64,000 nucleotides of DNA, from the NCBI GenBank assembly GCA_965209055.1, contig OZ242374.1:1248001-1312000 (forward strand). Reading direction: 5' to 3'. Positions 54,030 to 64,000 of the stretch are shown here, piece after piece (positions within the stretch are counted from its first letter, which is position 1; each line of letters starts with the position of its first letter). The stretch is from Acidobacteriota bacterium. Lineage in GTDB: Bacteria; Acidobacteriota; UBA6911; RPQK01; JAJDTT01. Under the pieces are notes generated by a model, which ran no database searches, was not told the origin of the DNA, and worked only from the letters and a program-made list of their open reading frames with translations. Both the position numbers and the translations under genes were made by a program.

Positions 54030-54953
54030 ATGTCGATTCAGACCGTTCTCGGCCCCATTGAACCTGCGGACCTGGGCGTCACCCTCATGCACGAGCACAC
54101 CCTGGTGGACGCCTGGGAATGGGGAGGGCGACTGGGATACGACAGCACCGTGGATGACGAAGAGTTGCTGGTGGAGGAACTGGCCTTCTATCGCGACGCC
54201 GGCGGCTCCGCCCTGGTGGACGTGACTCCCATCGGACTGCGGCGCGACCCGTCCGGGATGCGAAGACTGGCCCAGGCCACCGGACTCCACATCATCATGG
54301 GGTGCGGCTGGTACCGGGAACGAGTCTATCCGGCCTACATCCATGAACTCAGCACCAATGCCCTCGCCGGGATGCTGGTGAAAGAGCTGGAAGAGGGGGT
54401 GGAGGGCGGCATCCGGCCCGGCATCATCGGCGAGATCGGCACCGAGCGATTCCACGTCACGCCGGCGGAGGAAAAGGTGTTCCGCGCGGCCGCCAGGGCG
54501 CAGCGGGCAACCGGCGCCACCGTGACCACCCACACCACCCATTTCGGCGACCTGGCTCACGAGCAGATGGACATCCTGATGGAGGAGGGGGTTCCGCCGG
54601 AGCGGATCGTGATCGGACACCTGGGAGAACGGCGCGGCGTCAAGGGCGAGCTGGCCATCGCCGAGCGGGGCGTCTACGTGGAGATCGACCACGTGGGCCG
54701 TCCCGCCAGCGCCGGAACTCAGCCGGAATGGAGAAGAGCCCGGAATGTTGCCGAGCTGGTTCAGGCAGGCTACCTGGACCGGGTCCTGATCTCCATGGAC
54801 ATCTGCGCCAATTCCCTGCTGCGCTGGAACGGAGGACACGGTTTCGACTACCTCCTGACCACCTTCGTCCCCCTGCTCCGGGAGGAAGGCCTCACCGACG
54901 AACAGATCCGCATCATCCTGGTGGACAACCCGATCCGGGTCCTGGATTTCTGA
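54030..54953 (+). CDS. Phosphotriesterase-family protein
   Basis: IQTVLGPI, MHEH, GIIGEIG, TTHT, VIGH and ISMD motifs. Confidence 0.9.
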   Translation: MSIQTVLGPIEPADLGVTLMHEHTLVDAWEWGGRLGYDSTVDDEELLVEELAFYRDAGGSALVDVTPIGLRRDPSGMRRLAQATGLHIIMGCGWYRERVYPAYIHELSTNALAGMLVKELEEGVEGGIRPGIIGEIGTERFHVTPAEEKVFRAAARAQRATGATVTTHTTHFGDLAHEQMDILMEEGVPPERIVIGHLGERRGVKGELAIAERGVYVEIDHVGRPASAGTQPEWRRARNVAELVQAGYLDRVLISMDICANSLLRWNGGHGFDYLLTTFVPLLREEGLTDEQIRIILVDNPIRVLDF

Positions 54954-54954
54954 G

Positions 54955-55115
54955 GGAGGCGGTTTCCGATCGCCCGGTTCCCCTCGTTCGCCGACGCCCG
55001 AAGAATCGGCGGTTGGGAAACCGCCGCTCCGGTGTTCGGAAGGGCGATTTCCAGTCGGCCGGTTCCCCTCGTTCGCCGATGCCCAAAGAATCGGCGGCTA
55101 GGAAACCGCCACTCC
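54955..55115. repeat. Two tandem copies (about 76-78 bp) of a REP/REPIN-like palindromic element
   Basis: 54955-55030 and 55038-55115; each runs GGCG(G/A)TTTCC...GGAAACCGCC around the shared core CCGGTTCCCCTCGTTCGCCGA; located between convergent genes. Confidence 0.85.
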
Positions 55116-55883
55116 AAGGTCGGCGACGACCGGGCAATGGTCCGAGGCGGTCATGCCCTCTTTCTTCTTCCGGTAGTCGCGGTCGATCTCAACCCGTCGC
55201 AGCCGTTTGGCCAGCGCCGGGGTCGACAGAAGGAAATCGATTCGGAGTCCCCGGTTCCGGTGGAAGGCTCCGTACCGGTAATCCCACCAGGAGAATTTCC
55301 GTTCCTGCGGGAAGCGCTCCCGGTAAAGATCCACCAGTCCCCAATCCAGCAATCGCCGGAACCGGGTTCTTTCCTCGTCGGTGTGGAAGATCTTCCCTCC
55401 GAGCTCCTCTTCGTTCCAGGTGTCCAGCGGAGTGGGACAGATGTTGAAGTCGCCGCACAGGACCAGGGACTCGGAAGCCTGGTGCCGCTCCTCCAGGTAG
55501 GACAGGAGCGCATCGAACCAGAAGAGTTTTCTGGGGAAGTCGTCGTGGCTCACGTGCTTTCCGTTGGGACAGTAGACGGTGATGAAGGTCACGCCGGCCA
55601 CGCGGGCGCTCACCAGGCGGGTGCCCAGGTGCTCCTGCCCCGGCAACCCCGACTGAAGAATGGCGGCTGGTTCCCGGCTCAGGATGGACACGCCGTTCCA
55701 GGCCTTGGCCGCATGGACCGCCGCCTGGTAGCCCCGCGCCCGGAACTCGGCATGAGGGAAGAGGTCCTCGTGCATCTTCAACTCCTGCAGTCCCACAAGG
55801 TCGGGACGGCGGGAATCGAGCCAGTGAAAAACGTAGTCGAGACGGGCCCGAAGCCCGTTGATGTTCCAGGTGGCGATCCTCAT
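55098..55883 (-). CDS. xth: Exodeoxyribonuclease III
   Basis: MRIATWNINGLRAR, LQELK, GDFN, SWWDYR, GLRID and SDHCPV motifs. Confidence 0.93.
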   Translation of the reverse strand: MRIATWNINGLRARLDYVFHWLDSRRPDLVGLQELKMHEDLFPHAEFRARGYQAAVHAAKAWNGVSILSREPAAILQSGLPGQEHLGTRLVSARVAGVTFITVYCPNGKHVSHDDFPRKLFWFDALLSYLEERHQASESLVLCGDFNICPTPLDTWNEEELGGKIFHTDEERTRFRRLLDWGLVDLYRERFPQERKFSWWDYRYGAFHRNRGLRIDFLLSTPALAKRLRRVEIDRDYRKKKEGMTASDHCPVVADLGVAVS

Positions 55884-55952
55884 GCCTGCAGCCCGGCGGC
55901 CAGTGTATACGGCAACCGGTGGGAATGCCGAACCCGGAGTCAAGAATGGAGG

Positions 55953-57011
55953 TCAGGATTTGCTGCCGGCGCTCCGGTCCGGAAGGTGGATCACGGTCCC
56001 GGTTCGTGACGCCTCCAACATGGCGGTGACGGCCTCCACGCCGGCGCGCCCGTCCCGACCCGATCCGATCCGGCTGGACCTGCCTTCGATGGCGTCGCCA
56101 AAGGCCCGGAGTTGGCGCTCATACGCGCTGAGGCGCGCCGGGCTGAGGGGCACGTCGGCGGCAATGAACCGGGCCGCGGGCTGGGTGGAGACGGTGTGCC
56201 AGGTTCCGCCGGCCGCCAGTTTCAGGTCCCCGAAGGGATCCAGGTCCATCAGTCCCTCCGAGCCCATGATCCTGAGACGAAAGGATTCGCCGGGAAATCC
56301 CGGGTCCGGCATCAGATTGGTGGAGTAGAGGCTGAGCAGGGCGCCGTTGTGGAAACTCAGCAGCGCCAGCGTCGTGTTCTCCACCGGGGCCCGGGTCGGA
56401 AAACCGCGGGAAAGGGCGCTCACGGCGGCGACTTCCGTCCCCATGCACCAGCGGAGCAGGTCGATGCCGTGCGGCGCCGAGTTCAGCACGTGGCCCAGGC
56501 TGGCAGGATCGTCCCACCATTCCCATCCTCCGCCGTCCCGGAGAGAGGCCTCGGTCGACATGGTGGCCTGGACGGTCAGGATCCGGCCGATGGCCCCCTC
56601 CCGAATCAGCCTCCGGGCCTCCACGTTGTTCCTGCGAAACCGTTGATGGTAGCCCACGGCCAGGGTCACGGAACGCCGTCGCGCCGCAGCGATCATGCGG
56701 TCGCAGTCGGACACGGTGGTGGCCAGGGGTTTCTCCACCAGCACGTGCTTTCCCGCGGAGATGCAGGCCATGGCGTCATGGACGTGGACATGGTGGGGAG
56801 TCGTGACAATGACGGCGTCCACGTCGGCACGCCGAACCAGGCGTTGTACATCGGGCTCCAGATCGGCTCCGAACCGTTCGGCCAGACCTTGCGCACGGCC
56901 GCCGCTGGTCACCGCAACCAGCCTGAACCCGGGCACGGCGCTCACCGCCTCGGCGTGAGTCCGTCCCATGAATCCCGAGCCGGTGATTCCAATTCCGAGA
57001 TCACGCCTCAT
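55953..57011 (-). CDS. Gfo/Idh/MocA oxidoreductase
   Basis: GSGFMG, TTPH, GKHVLVEKP and HGIDL motifs. Confidence 0.88.
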   Translation of the reverse strand: MRRDLGIGITGSGFMGRTHAEAVSAVPGFRLVAVTSGGRAQGLAERFGADLEPDVQRLVRRADVDAVIVTTPHHVHVHDAMACISAGKHVLVEKPLATTVSDCDRMIAAARRRSVTLAVGYHQRFRRNNVEARRLIREGAIGRILTVQATMSTEASLRDGGGWEWWDDPASLGHVLNSAPHGIDLLRWCMGTEVAAVSALSRGFPTRAPVENTTLALLSFHNGALLSLYSTNLMPDPGFPGESFRLRIMGSEGLMDLDPFGDLKLAAGGTWHTVSTQPAARFIAADVPLSPARLSAYERQLRAFGDAIEGRSSRIGSGRDGRAGVEAVTAMLEASRTGTVIHLPDRSAGSKS

Positions 57012-57091
57012 CGACGCCTGAGTCTACCAACCTGCGGCATTTTCGGGAGCAACGGAACCCACTGCTTTTGGTATACTTTCCGCCAACTGTC

Positions 57092-59890
57092 ATGCGTGCA
57101 TTTCTGTTGCTTCTTCTTGGTGTCACGGTTTCCACATCTCCTCTGCCGGGTCAGGATGCGGCGGCGGAGTACTTCGAGAAGCGGGTCCGTCCGGTTCTGG
57201 CTAACAAGTGCCAAGCCTGCCACAACTCCGGACTCAAGACCGGCGGACTGGATCTGTCCAGCGCCGAGGGATTCGCGAAGGGCGGCCAGAACGGCCCCGT
57301 GGTTTCCAGCGAGGCGCCGTCCGAAAGCCGGATCCTGGAAGTCATCCGGTACCAGGAGCGAATCAAGATGCCTCCCGGCGGGATGCTGCCCCAGGACGAG
57401 ATCGCCGCCCTGGCGGACTGGGTCAGGACCGGGGCTCACTGGCCGGGAGCCCCCGTTGCGGACAGTCCGCCGGTTGGAGCCGAAGGGGGCGGCCAATTCA
57501 CGGCGGCCGAGCGGAACTTCTGGGCTTTTCAGAGGATCGAGGATCCAAAACCTCCCCAGGTGAAGGATGTGGACTGGGTCCGGTCCCCGCTGGATCGTTT
57601 CGTGCTGGCCCGGCTGGAGGCGGCGAACCTGCGCCCCGCCGCCCCCGCTTCCCGGCTTGCATTGTTGCGCAGAGCCAGCTACGACCTCACGGGGCTGCCT
57701 CCCAATGAGAAACAAATCGCCGATTTTCTGAGTGACGAATCGCCCCGCGCTTTCGAGAAGATGGTGGACCGGATGCTGGCTTCTCCCCGGTACGGCGAGC
57801 GCTGGGGGCGCCATTGGCTCGACGTGGCCCGGTACGCCGACTCCACCGGCAACGACGAGGATCACCGCTACCCCTACGCGTGGCGTTACCGCGACTACGT
57901 GGTTCAGGCGTTCAACGACGACCTGCCCTACGACGAGTTCATCACGGAGCAGTTGGCCGGCGACCTGCTCCACTCCGGCGCGCCCGTCGAGAAGCGGCGC
58001 CGCGGAATCGTCGCCACCGGATTCCTGGCCCTGGGCCCCAAGGCGCTGGCGCAGCAGGACAAGCAGCGGATGCTCTACGACGTCTGGGACGAGCAGTTGG
58101 ACGTGGTCTCCAAGGGTTTCCTGGGGCTCACCGTGACCTGCGCCCGCTGCCACGACCACAAGTTCGATCCCATTCCCACCAAGGACTACTACTCCCTGCT
58201 CGGCATGTTCGCCAGCACCCGCAGCTTTACGGCCATGGGAAGGACCGTTTCCAAGCTCCTGTTCACACCGCTGGTCCCTGCGCACGAGTACCAGGCGTAC
58301 AAAGACCACAAGGAGTCGATCGGCAACAAGAAGTTCGAGATCGAAGACGTCGTGGACCGGGAACTGCAAGCCTACGTGTCCAAGCTGAGTCCCCGCCTGG
58401 CCGACTACATGCTGGTTGCCGGCAATGCCGGCGGAGACGAGCAGCCCGAAGCGCTGGCGGCGGACCACGATTTGCAGGCTCCCATATTGCGGAAGTGGAT
58501 CGATTACCTCCGGCCGCGCGAGGTCCGCAGACCCCACATGGACGAGTGGCGTCAGGCTTCCGATGCGAACCGGCCGCAGACGGCGGCCGCTTACCAGAAA
58601 CGGTTCCACGAGCGCCTGGAGGAATGGAACGAAACCCTCCGGAAGTGGCGGGAGCGGGTCCGCCGCATGCTCAAGGAAATGAACATGCCTCCGCCGCCGA
58701 GGCCCAAATTCGAGCCGGGGGAGGACCGCTTTTTCCACGAAGTCTACTTCGCCGGCGAAGGACCGTTCTTCCTGGGGGAGAAGGCCCAGGAAAAGGTCTT
58801 TTCCCAAGAATCCAACCGGCGTCTGGAACTCTACCGACAGGAACTGAAGCACTTGGAAGAGACCTTGCCTTCCGAGCCGGCCATGGCCTGCGCCGTGGAG
58901 GACGGAGATCCGGTCCGGCAACGGGTCTTCGTCCGGGGGGACTACAACAACCTGGGCGAGGAAGCGCCCAAGCGCTTCCCCCAGATTCTGGCGGGGGTGG
59001 ACCAGGATCCGATTTCCAAGGGCAGCGGCCGCATGGAGCTGGCCCGCTGGTTGACCGGTCCGGACCATCCACTGACGGCCCGGGTGATGGTCAATCGCAT
59101 CTGGCAATGGCACTTCGGACAGGGACTGGTGCGAACACCCAATAACTTCGGGAAATTGGGCACTCCTCCGACCCATCCTCAACTGCTGGACTACCTGGCT
59201 CGCCGCTTCGTGCACGAGGGTTGGTCCATCAAGAAGATGCACCGTCTGATCATGACTTCGGCCACCTACCGAATGGGTAGCGGGACCACCCCGGAGAAGA
59301 ATTTGCGGGACCCGCAGAACCAGCTTCTGTCCCGCTTCGAACGGCGCCGCCTCGAGGTCGAGGAGATCCGGGACGGACTGCTGTCCATGGACGGTTCCCT
59401 GGACCTGACCATGGGCGGAACCCTCCAGTCCGGGTTCGGCACCGACACCGAGAACAGCAACGACCGCCTGAGTTTGAATCCGGAGACGGTCCGCAGGAGG
59501 ATGGTCTATCTCCCCCTCCGGCGCGCCAATCTCCCGACGCTCCTGAACCTGTTCGACTTCGGCGACGCTACCACCAGCATGGGCAAACGGGCGCACACCA
59601 ACGTCGCCCCCCAGGCCCTGTTCATGATGAACAGCGAGTTCGTGGCCGACCGGGCCCGGAATCTGGCGGCCCGGCTGGAAAAGGAGGACGCCGGTCCGGC
59701 CGAGCGGATCGACCGGGCCTACCTCATCACCCTGAACCGGATACCGGAGGTGGAAGAGCGGCAAGCTGCGCTGGCCTACCTTGGTGACTTCACGGGGAAA
59801 TTCGAAGGGGCGAAGGCGCCCGGTCTGGATGCCTGGGGCAGCTTCTGCCGGATTTTGATGGCGTCCAACGACTTCATGTATGTTGACTAG
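57092..59890 (+). CDS. Planctomycete-type cytochrome c / DUF1549 / DUF1553 (PSD1) protein
   Basis: Signal peptide, CQACH, YGERWGRHWLDVARYAD, CARCHDHKFDP and ARVMVNRIWQWHFG. Confidence 0.9.
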   Translation: MRAFLLLLLGVTVSTSPLPGQDAAAEYFEKRVRPVLANKCQACHNSGLKTGGLDLSSAEGFAKGGQNGPVVSSEAPSESRILEVIRYQERIKMPPGGMLPQDEIAALADWVRTGAHWPGAPVADSPPVGAEGGGQFTAAERNFWAFQRIEDPKPPQVKDVDWVRSPLDRFVLARLEAANLRPAAPASRLALLRRASYDLTGLPPNEKQIADFLSDESPRAFEKMVDRMLASPRYGERWGRHWLDVARYADSTGNDEDHRYPYAWRYRDYVVQAFNDDLPYDEFITEQLAGDLLHSGAPVEKRRRGIVATGFLALGPKALAQQDKQRMLYDVWDEQLDVVSKGFLGLTVTCARCHDHKFDPIPTKDYYSLLGMFASTRSFTAMGRTVSKLLFTPLVPAHEYQAYKDHKESIGNKKFEIEDVVDRELQAYVSKLSPRLADYMLVAGNAGGDEQPEALAADHDLQAPILRKWIDYLRPREVRRPHMDEWRQASDANRPQTAAAYQKRFHERLEEWNETLRKWRERVRRMLKEMNMPPPPRPKFEPGEDRFFHEVYFAGEGPFFLGEKAQEKVFSQESNRRLELYRQELKHLEETLPSEPAMACAVEDGDPVRQRVFVRGDYNNLGEEAPKRFPQILAGVDQDPISKGSGRMELARWLTGPDHPLTARVMVNRIWQWHFGQGLVRTPNNFGKLGTPPTHPQLLDYLARRFVHEGWSIKKMHRLIMTSATYRMGSGTTPEKNLRDPQNQLLSRFERRRLEVEEIRDGLLSMDGSLDLTMGGTLQSGFGTDTENSNDRLSLNPETVRRRMVYLPLRRANLPTLLNLFDFGDATTSMGKRAHTNVAPQALFMMNSEFVADRARNLAARLEKEDAGPAERIDRAYLITLNRIPEVEERQAALAYLGDFTGKFEGAKAPGLDAWGSFCRILMASNDFMYVD

Positions 59891-60001
59891 ATCAGAATTC
59901 GGCGGCAAGATCGGGACAGACCCGCTCGACGCGACACAAGTCCCGGATCCGGAACCGGGATCGGGCTTGCTACGGGATTGAACCATACTCGAGGTGATCT
60001 C

Positions 60002-61450
60002 ATGATCGAGAATCCATGGAAGAATTTGCAGCGGCCCCCGCTGTTGACGCGGCGCTCCATGCTGAGAGACACGGCCTGCGGCTTCGGAGTTCTGGGACTG
60101 GCGGGACTCCTGTCCGAGGCGGACCGGCTCGCCGCCGCATCCGCAGAGGCCAACCCGCTGGCCGTTAGGAAGCCGCATTTCGAGCCGCGGGCCAAACAGG
60201 TCATCTTCCTGTTCATGCACGGCGGACCCTCCAGCGTCGACATCCTGGATCCCAAGCCCCGGCTCTACCGGGATCACGGGAAGCCGCTCCCCATCAAGCG
60301 TCCCCTGGCCTTCGACGAGGATCCTCCGGGACCGCTGATGAAACCGCTCTGGGACTTCAAACGAACCGGCCAGAGCGGCATTCCCATGAGCGACCTCTTT
60401 CCCCACGTCCGGACCTGCGTGGACGACCTCTGCGTGATCCGGTCCATGGTGGGCGAAGGCGTGGACCACGGAGCCGCGCTGCTGCAGACCTTCACCGGCA
60501 CCAGCACCTTCACCCGCCCGTCCCTCGGATCCTGGGCCCTGTACGGCCTGGGCACGGAGAACCAGAACCTGCCGGGCTACATCACCATCAAGCCGGCTTT
60601 GGCCCACGGCGGCGCCAAGAACTGGAGCTCGGCCTTCCTGCCCGGGGCCTACCAGGGCACCGCCATCGGCCATTCGGGGCTCAAGGTCAAGGACTTTCGG
60701 GGAGAACCCATCGAGTACCTGGTTCACCGCGGCTTCACGCCGGAGCAGCAGCGCTACGAACTGGACATGCTCCAGAACATCAATCGGCGCCACGCTCAAC
60801 TTCGAAAGCACGATGCCGAGCTGGAGGCCCGCATCCAGGCCTTCGAACTGGCGTTTCGAATGCAGATGAGAGCGCCCGAGGCCTTCGAAGTCGAGAAGGA
60901 ATCGGCGGCCACCCGGAAGCTCTACGGCCTCGACCGGGAGGATACCCACGAGTTCGGCTGGCAGTGCCTGCTGGCGCGGCGCCTGGCCGAGCGGGGCGTG
61001 CGCTTCATCCAGTGCACCCACAGCTACAAGTGGGATCAGCATTCCCAACTCTACGAGAAGCACACCGAGAACGCCCGGGAAGTGGACCTGCCCATCGCCG
61101 GTTTGCTCAAGGACCTGAAGTCCAGGGGCATGCTGGAGGAGACGCTGGTGATCTGGGCCGGAGAGTTCGGACGCACCCCGGTCTCCCAGGGAGGAGACGG
61201 CCGCGACCACAACCCCTACGGCTATTCCATCTGGATGGCCGGCGGCGGAGTCAAGCCCGGATTCGTCTATGGCGCCACCGACGACATCGGCTACCACGCG
61301 GTGGAGGACCGGATGCACATCCATGATTTCCACGCCACCGTACTTCACCTGCTGGGGCTGGACCACGAGAAGCTGACCTTTCACTACACCGGACGCGACT
61401 TCCGCCTGACCGACGTCGCCGGCGTGGTGGCCGAGAAGATCCTGGCGTAG
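60002..61450 (+). CDS. DUF1501 protein (sulfatase-like, Tat-type leader)
   Basis: TRRSML, VIFLFMHGGPS, CLLARRL, WDQH, GEFGRTP and GRDHNP. Confidence 0.9.
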   Translation: MIENPWKNLQRPPLLTRRSMLRDTACGFGVLGLAGLLSEADRLAAASAEANPLAVRKPHFEPRAKQVIFLFMHGGPSSVDILDPKPRLYRDHGKPLPIKRPLAFDEDPPGPLMKPLWDFKRTGQSGIPMSDLFPHVRTCVDDLCVIRSMVGEGVDHGAALLQTFTGTSTFTRPSLGSWALYGLGTENQNLPGYITIKPALAHGGAKNWSSAFLPGAYQGTAIGHSGLKVKDFRGEPIEYLVHRGFTPEQQRYELDMLQNINRRHAQLRKHDAELEARIQAFELAFRMQMRAPEAFEVEKESAATRKLYGLDREDTHEFGWQCLLARRLAERGVRFIQCTHSYKWDQHSQLYEKHTENAREVDLPIAGLLKDLKSRGMLEETLVIWAGEFGRTPVSQGGDGRDHNPYGYSIWMAGGGVKPGFVYGATDDIGYHAVEDRMHIHDFHATVLHLLGLDHEKLTFHYTGRDFRLTDVAGVVAEKILA

Positions 61451-61493
61451 CGGGATTTTCGCCCGGAGGGTTCTCCCTCAAGCGGAATTCGTC

Positions 61494-64000
61494 ATGATCA
61501 AGCGTGGACTGGCATTGGCTGTCATCGCGGCCGCCTGTGGCTTGGTTCACGCTTCCGAACCGGCCCCCCGGTTCGACTCCCAGGTCCGCCCCCTCCTGAA
61601 CCGGTATTGCCTTCAATGCCACGGCGAGAGCCTCCAGATGGGAGACCTGGATCTGCGGACCGTCTCCTCCATGGAAAAGGGAGGCAGCCAGGGTCCGGCT
61701 CTGGTGAAGGGGAATGCCGGCGGGAGTCTTCTCTACCAGCGGGTCGCGGACCACAGCATGCCTCAGGGGGAGGAGAAGCTGGAACCGGAGGAGGTCCGGC
61801 TGCTGGCCGATTGGATCAATGCCGGTGCTCCGTGGGATCCGCTTCCGGAGCAACCCGGTTTGGAACCGGCCGCGGCGCATCTGCCGTCCCATTGGTCATT
61901 CCGCCCGATCCGGAAACCTCCCGTCCCGTCCGTCAGGAATCGGCATTGGGTCCGGACGCCCGTCGACGCCTTCATCCTGAGCCGGTTGGAGGAGAAGGGC
62001 ATCCAACCCGCGGCCCTGGCGGACTCCAGAACCCTCATCCGGCGGCTGACCCTGGTCCTGACCGGCTTGCCGCCGTCTTTGGAGGAGTCGGACCGGCTGA
62101 CCCTGGGTCCGGGCGATCCCGCCTACACACGACTGGTGGACGAACTCCTGGGCGCCCCCCAATACGGTGAACGCTGGGCCCGGCACTGGCTCGACGTGGT
62201 GCGTTATGCCGAATCCAACGGCTACGAGCGAGACGGCACCAAACCGCACGCGTGGCGTTATCGCGACTACGTCATCGACGCCTTCAACCGGGACAAGCCC
62301 TACGATCGCTTCCTCACCGAGCAGTTGGCCGGAGACGAAATCGACGGCACCGACGCCGAAACTCAGATCGCCACGACCTTCTTGCGTCTCGGGACCTGGG
62401 ACGACGAACCGGCGGAGGAACGCCTGGACCGCTACGAACAACTGGACGACGTTCTGGGGACCGCCAGCAGCACCTTTCTCGGCCTGACCCTGCGTTGCGC
62501 CCGCTGCCATGACCACAAGTTCGAACCCTTCAGCCAGGAGGACTACTATCGCTCCCTCGCCTTTTTCGAACCGCTCAAGCGTCCCAAGAATCTCCTGAAA
62601 CCCCGCGCCGATCTGGACCGGATGGTGGGCACGCCGGAAGAACTGGAACGGTACCGGGTGGCCTCCATGAATCTGAGGATTCAGATGGAGGACCTGCAGG
62701 CGGAGAAGAAGAAACTGAGCCGGAAGATATTGAATCGGCTGCTCTCCGGCGGGGACTCCGACCGGGATCTGAGCTGGGCGCACCACGCCGAAACCGTCCT
62801 GGCATTCCGGACCCGGGAAGAGGTCCGGACCGACGAGCAGAAGTCCCTGGTCCGCAAGTTCGAGGAACGCATGGATCGGGAGATCCTGGCAGAAGCCACC
62901 ACCGAAGAGGCCGGAAACCTGAGTCGATGGGAGCGGGAGATGGCCCGGGCGAAGGCGGAGGCCCCCGCCGAACCTCCTCGGGCCTACGTCTGGTATGAAG
63001 ACACTCCTTACCCTGCCGCCACCCGGATTCTGCTGCGCGGCGACCCGGGGACGCCCGGGGAGGAGGTTCACCCCTTGGTTCCCACCATCCTGGGCCGTCC
63101 CGACCTCTTGTCCCGGCTCGGACCCGTCGAGCCGACCGTCGACACCAGCGGACGGCGGCGCTGGTTGGCCCGGTGGATGAGTCACCCCGAAAATCCCCTG
63201 GTGGCCCGGGTCATGGTGAACCGGATCTGGCAGTGGGTCTTCGGCGACGGCCTGGTGGCCACCGAGAACGATTTCGGCGTCGCGGGGGACACCCCCAGCC
63301 ACCCCCGGCTGCTGGACTGGCTGGCCTCCGAATTCATCGACTCCGGCTGGAGCGTGAAGCACCTGGTCCGGCTGCTGGTCGGCTCCTCCACCTTCGCCCA
63401 ATCGTCCGACTGGAACCCGCAGGCCGCCGGCGCGGATCACCAGAATCGCCTCCTCTGGCGATGGCAGCCCCGGCGCCTGGAAGCCGAGGCCGTCCGGGAC
63501 TCGATGCTGGCCGTCAGCGGCAGTCTGAATCACTTCATGCACGGTCCCAGCATGTATCCCCGAATTCCCGACTCGGTCCTGGCCGGACAGTCGATGCCGG
63601 GACTCAACTGGGGAGACCCCGATCCGGAGCAGAACCGCCGGCGGAGCATCTACATCTTCGTCAAGCGCTCCCTGGCCGTTCCCGAACTGGAATTGCTGGA
63701 TTCACCCGACACCACCTCCAGTTGCGAGCAGCGCCGGGTCTCCACCACCGGGCCCCAGGCCCTGACGTTTCTGAATGGAGACTTCGCCCATGAGCAGGCG
63801 CGGCGCCTGGCGCAAAGAGTGATGCGCACGGCCGGCGACGAACGGGACAACCAGGTCCGGGGCGCCTTCCGGATGGGACTGGCCAGGGGACCCAGCCCCG
63901 AGGAATTGGAAGCGGCGCTGGACTTTCTTCGGGTCCAGGAAGCGCAGATCCGACAGGACCTGACCGGGACTGAAACGACCCCGGCGATCAAGGCGCGGGC
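61494..64000 (+). CDS. Second cytochrome c / DUF1549 / DUF1553 protein, 3'-truncated by the window edge (absent from ORF track)
   Basis: Manual translation MIKRGLALAVIAAACG...YCLQCHG, YGERWARHWLDVVRYAE, CARCHDHKFEP and ARVMVNRIWQW. Confidence 0.88.
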   Translation, partial: MIKRGLALAVIAAACGLVHASEPAPRFDSQVRPLLNRYCLQCHGESLQMGDLDLRTVSSMEKGGSQGPALVKGNAGGSLLYQRVADHSMPQGEEKLEPEEVRLLADWINAGAPWDPLPEQPGLEPAAAHLPSHWSFRPIRKPPVPSVRNRHWVRTPVDAFILSRLEEKGIQPAALADSRTLIRRLTLVLTGLPPSLEESDRLTLGPGDPAYTRLVDELLGAPQYGERWARHWLDVVRYAESNGYERDGTKPHAWRYRDYVIDAFNRDKPYDRFLTEQLAGDEIDGTDAETQIATTFLRLGTWDDEPAEERLDRYEQLDDVLGTASSTFLGLTLRCARCHDHKFEPFSQEDYYRSLAFFEPLKRPKNLLKPRADLDRMVGTPEELERYRVASMNLRIQMEDLQAEKKKLSRKILNRLLSGGDSDRDLSWAHHAETVLAFRTREEVRTDEQKSLVRKFEERMDREILAEATTEEAGNLSRWEREMARAKAEAPAEPPRAYVWYEDTPYPAATRILLRGDPGTPGEEVHPLVPTILGRPDLLSRLGPVEPTVDTSGRRRWLARWMSHPENPLVARVMVNRIWQWVFGDGLVATENDFGVAGDTPSHPRLLDWLASEFIDSGWSVKHLVRLLVGSSTFAQSSDWNPQAAGADHQNRLLWRWQPRRLEAEAVRDSMLAVSGSLNHFMHGPSMYPRIPDSVLAGQSMPGLNWGDPDPEQNRRRSIYIFVKRSLAVPELELLDSPDTTSSCEQRRVSTTGPQALTFLNGDFAHEQARRLAQRVMRTAGDERDNQVRGAFRMGLARGPSPEELEAALDFLRVQEAQIRQDLTGTETTPAIKAR

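Noticed and set aside
59913-59970. GGGACAGACCCG plus local palindromes as another copy of the island motif
   Set aside because: Opposite orientation, mismatched core and isolated; cannot be distinguished from a generic intergenic hairpin.
57008-61384. 1458-aa minus-strand ORF and other long shadow ORFs (e.g. 1268..3271, 33489..35081, 44325..45935)
   Set aside because: Antisense or off-frame to well-supported genes; typical high-GC artefacts without recognisable motifs.

Overview
High-GC Gram-negative bacterial chromosome segment, probably Acidobacteriota. This is inferred from Tat-exported oxidoreductases/amidohydrolases, DUF1549/DUF1553 plus DUF1501 genes, LPS genes and the ribosomal protein style. 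1-15.4 kb: catabolic and housekeeping genes, including a fused EutB-EutC with an apparent Tat-type leader. 15.45-22.55 kb: a mosaic accessory island abutting the 3' end of tRNA-Ala(CGC). It is punctuated by seven same-orientation copies (one a variant) of a short (G/C)(T/G)GACTGTCCCC hairpin motif that sit at boundaries between unrelated gene modules. The modules are an uncharacterised 317-aa protein, two beta-barrel OMPs, a pseudogene paralog of the 317-aa protein joined to an hsdM remnant, a DUF1828-like two-gene pair, a cytochrome P450 and an SRPBCC gene. No integrase or transposase is visible. This cassette-like array is the best candidate for an undescribed system. 22.6-30.3 kb: tRNA-Ala, a DmpA-like peptidase, RNase P RNA and an LPS operon (waaA-lpxK-waaF-waaC-ICMT-like methyltransferase-DUF3108). 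30.5-50.4 kb: str-S10-spc-alpha ribosomal protein superoperon lacking infA. 50.4-64 kb: DPP IV-like peptidase, class III aminotransferase, phosphotriesterase, a tandem REP-like element, xth, a Gfo/Idh/MocA oxidoreductase and Planctomycete-type cytochrome c/DUF1501 genes. All family assignments come from motif recognition by eye; no database searches were run.
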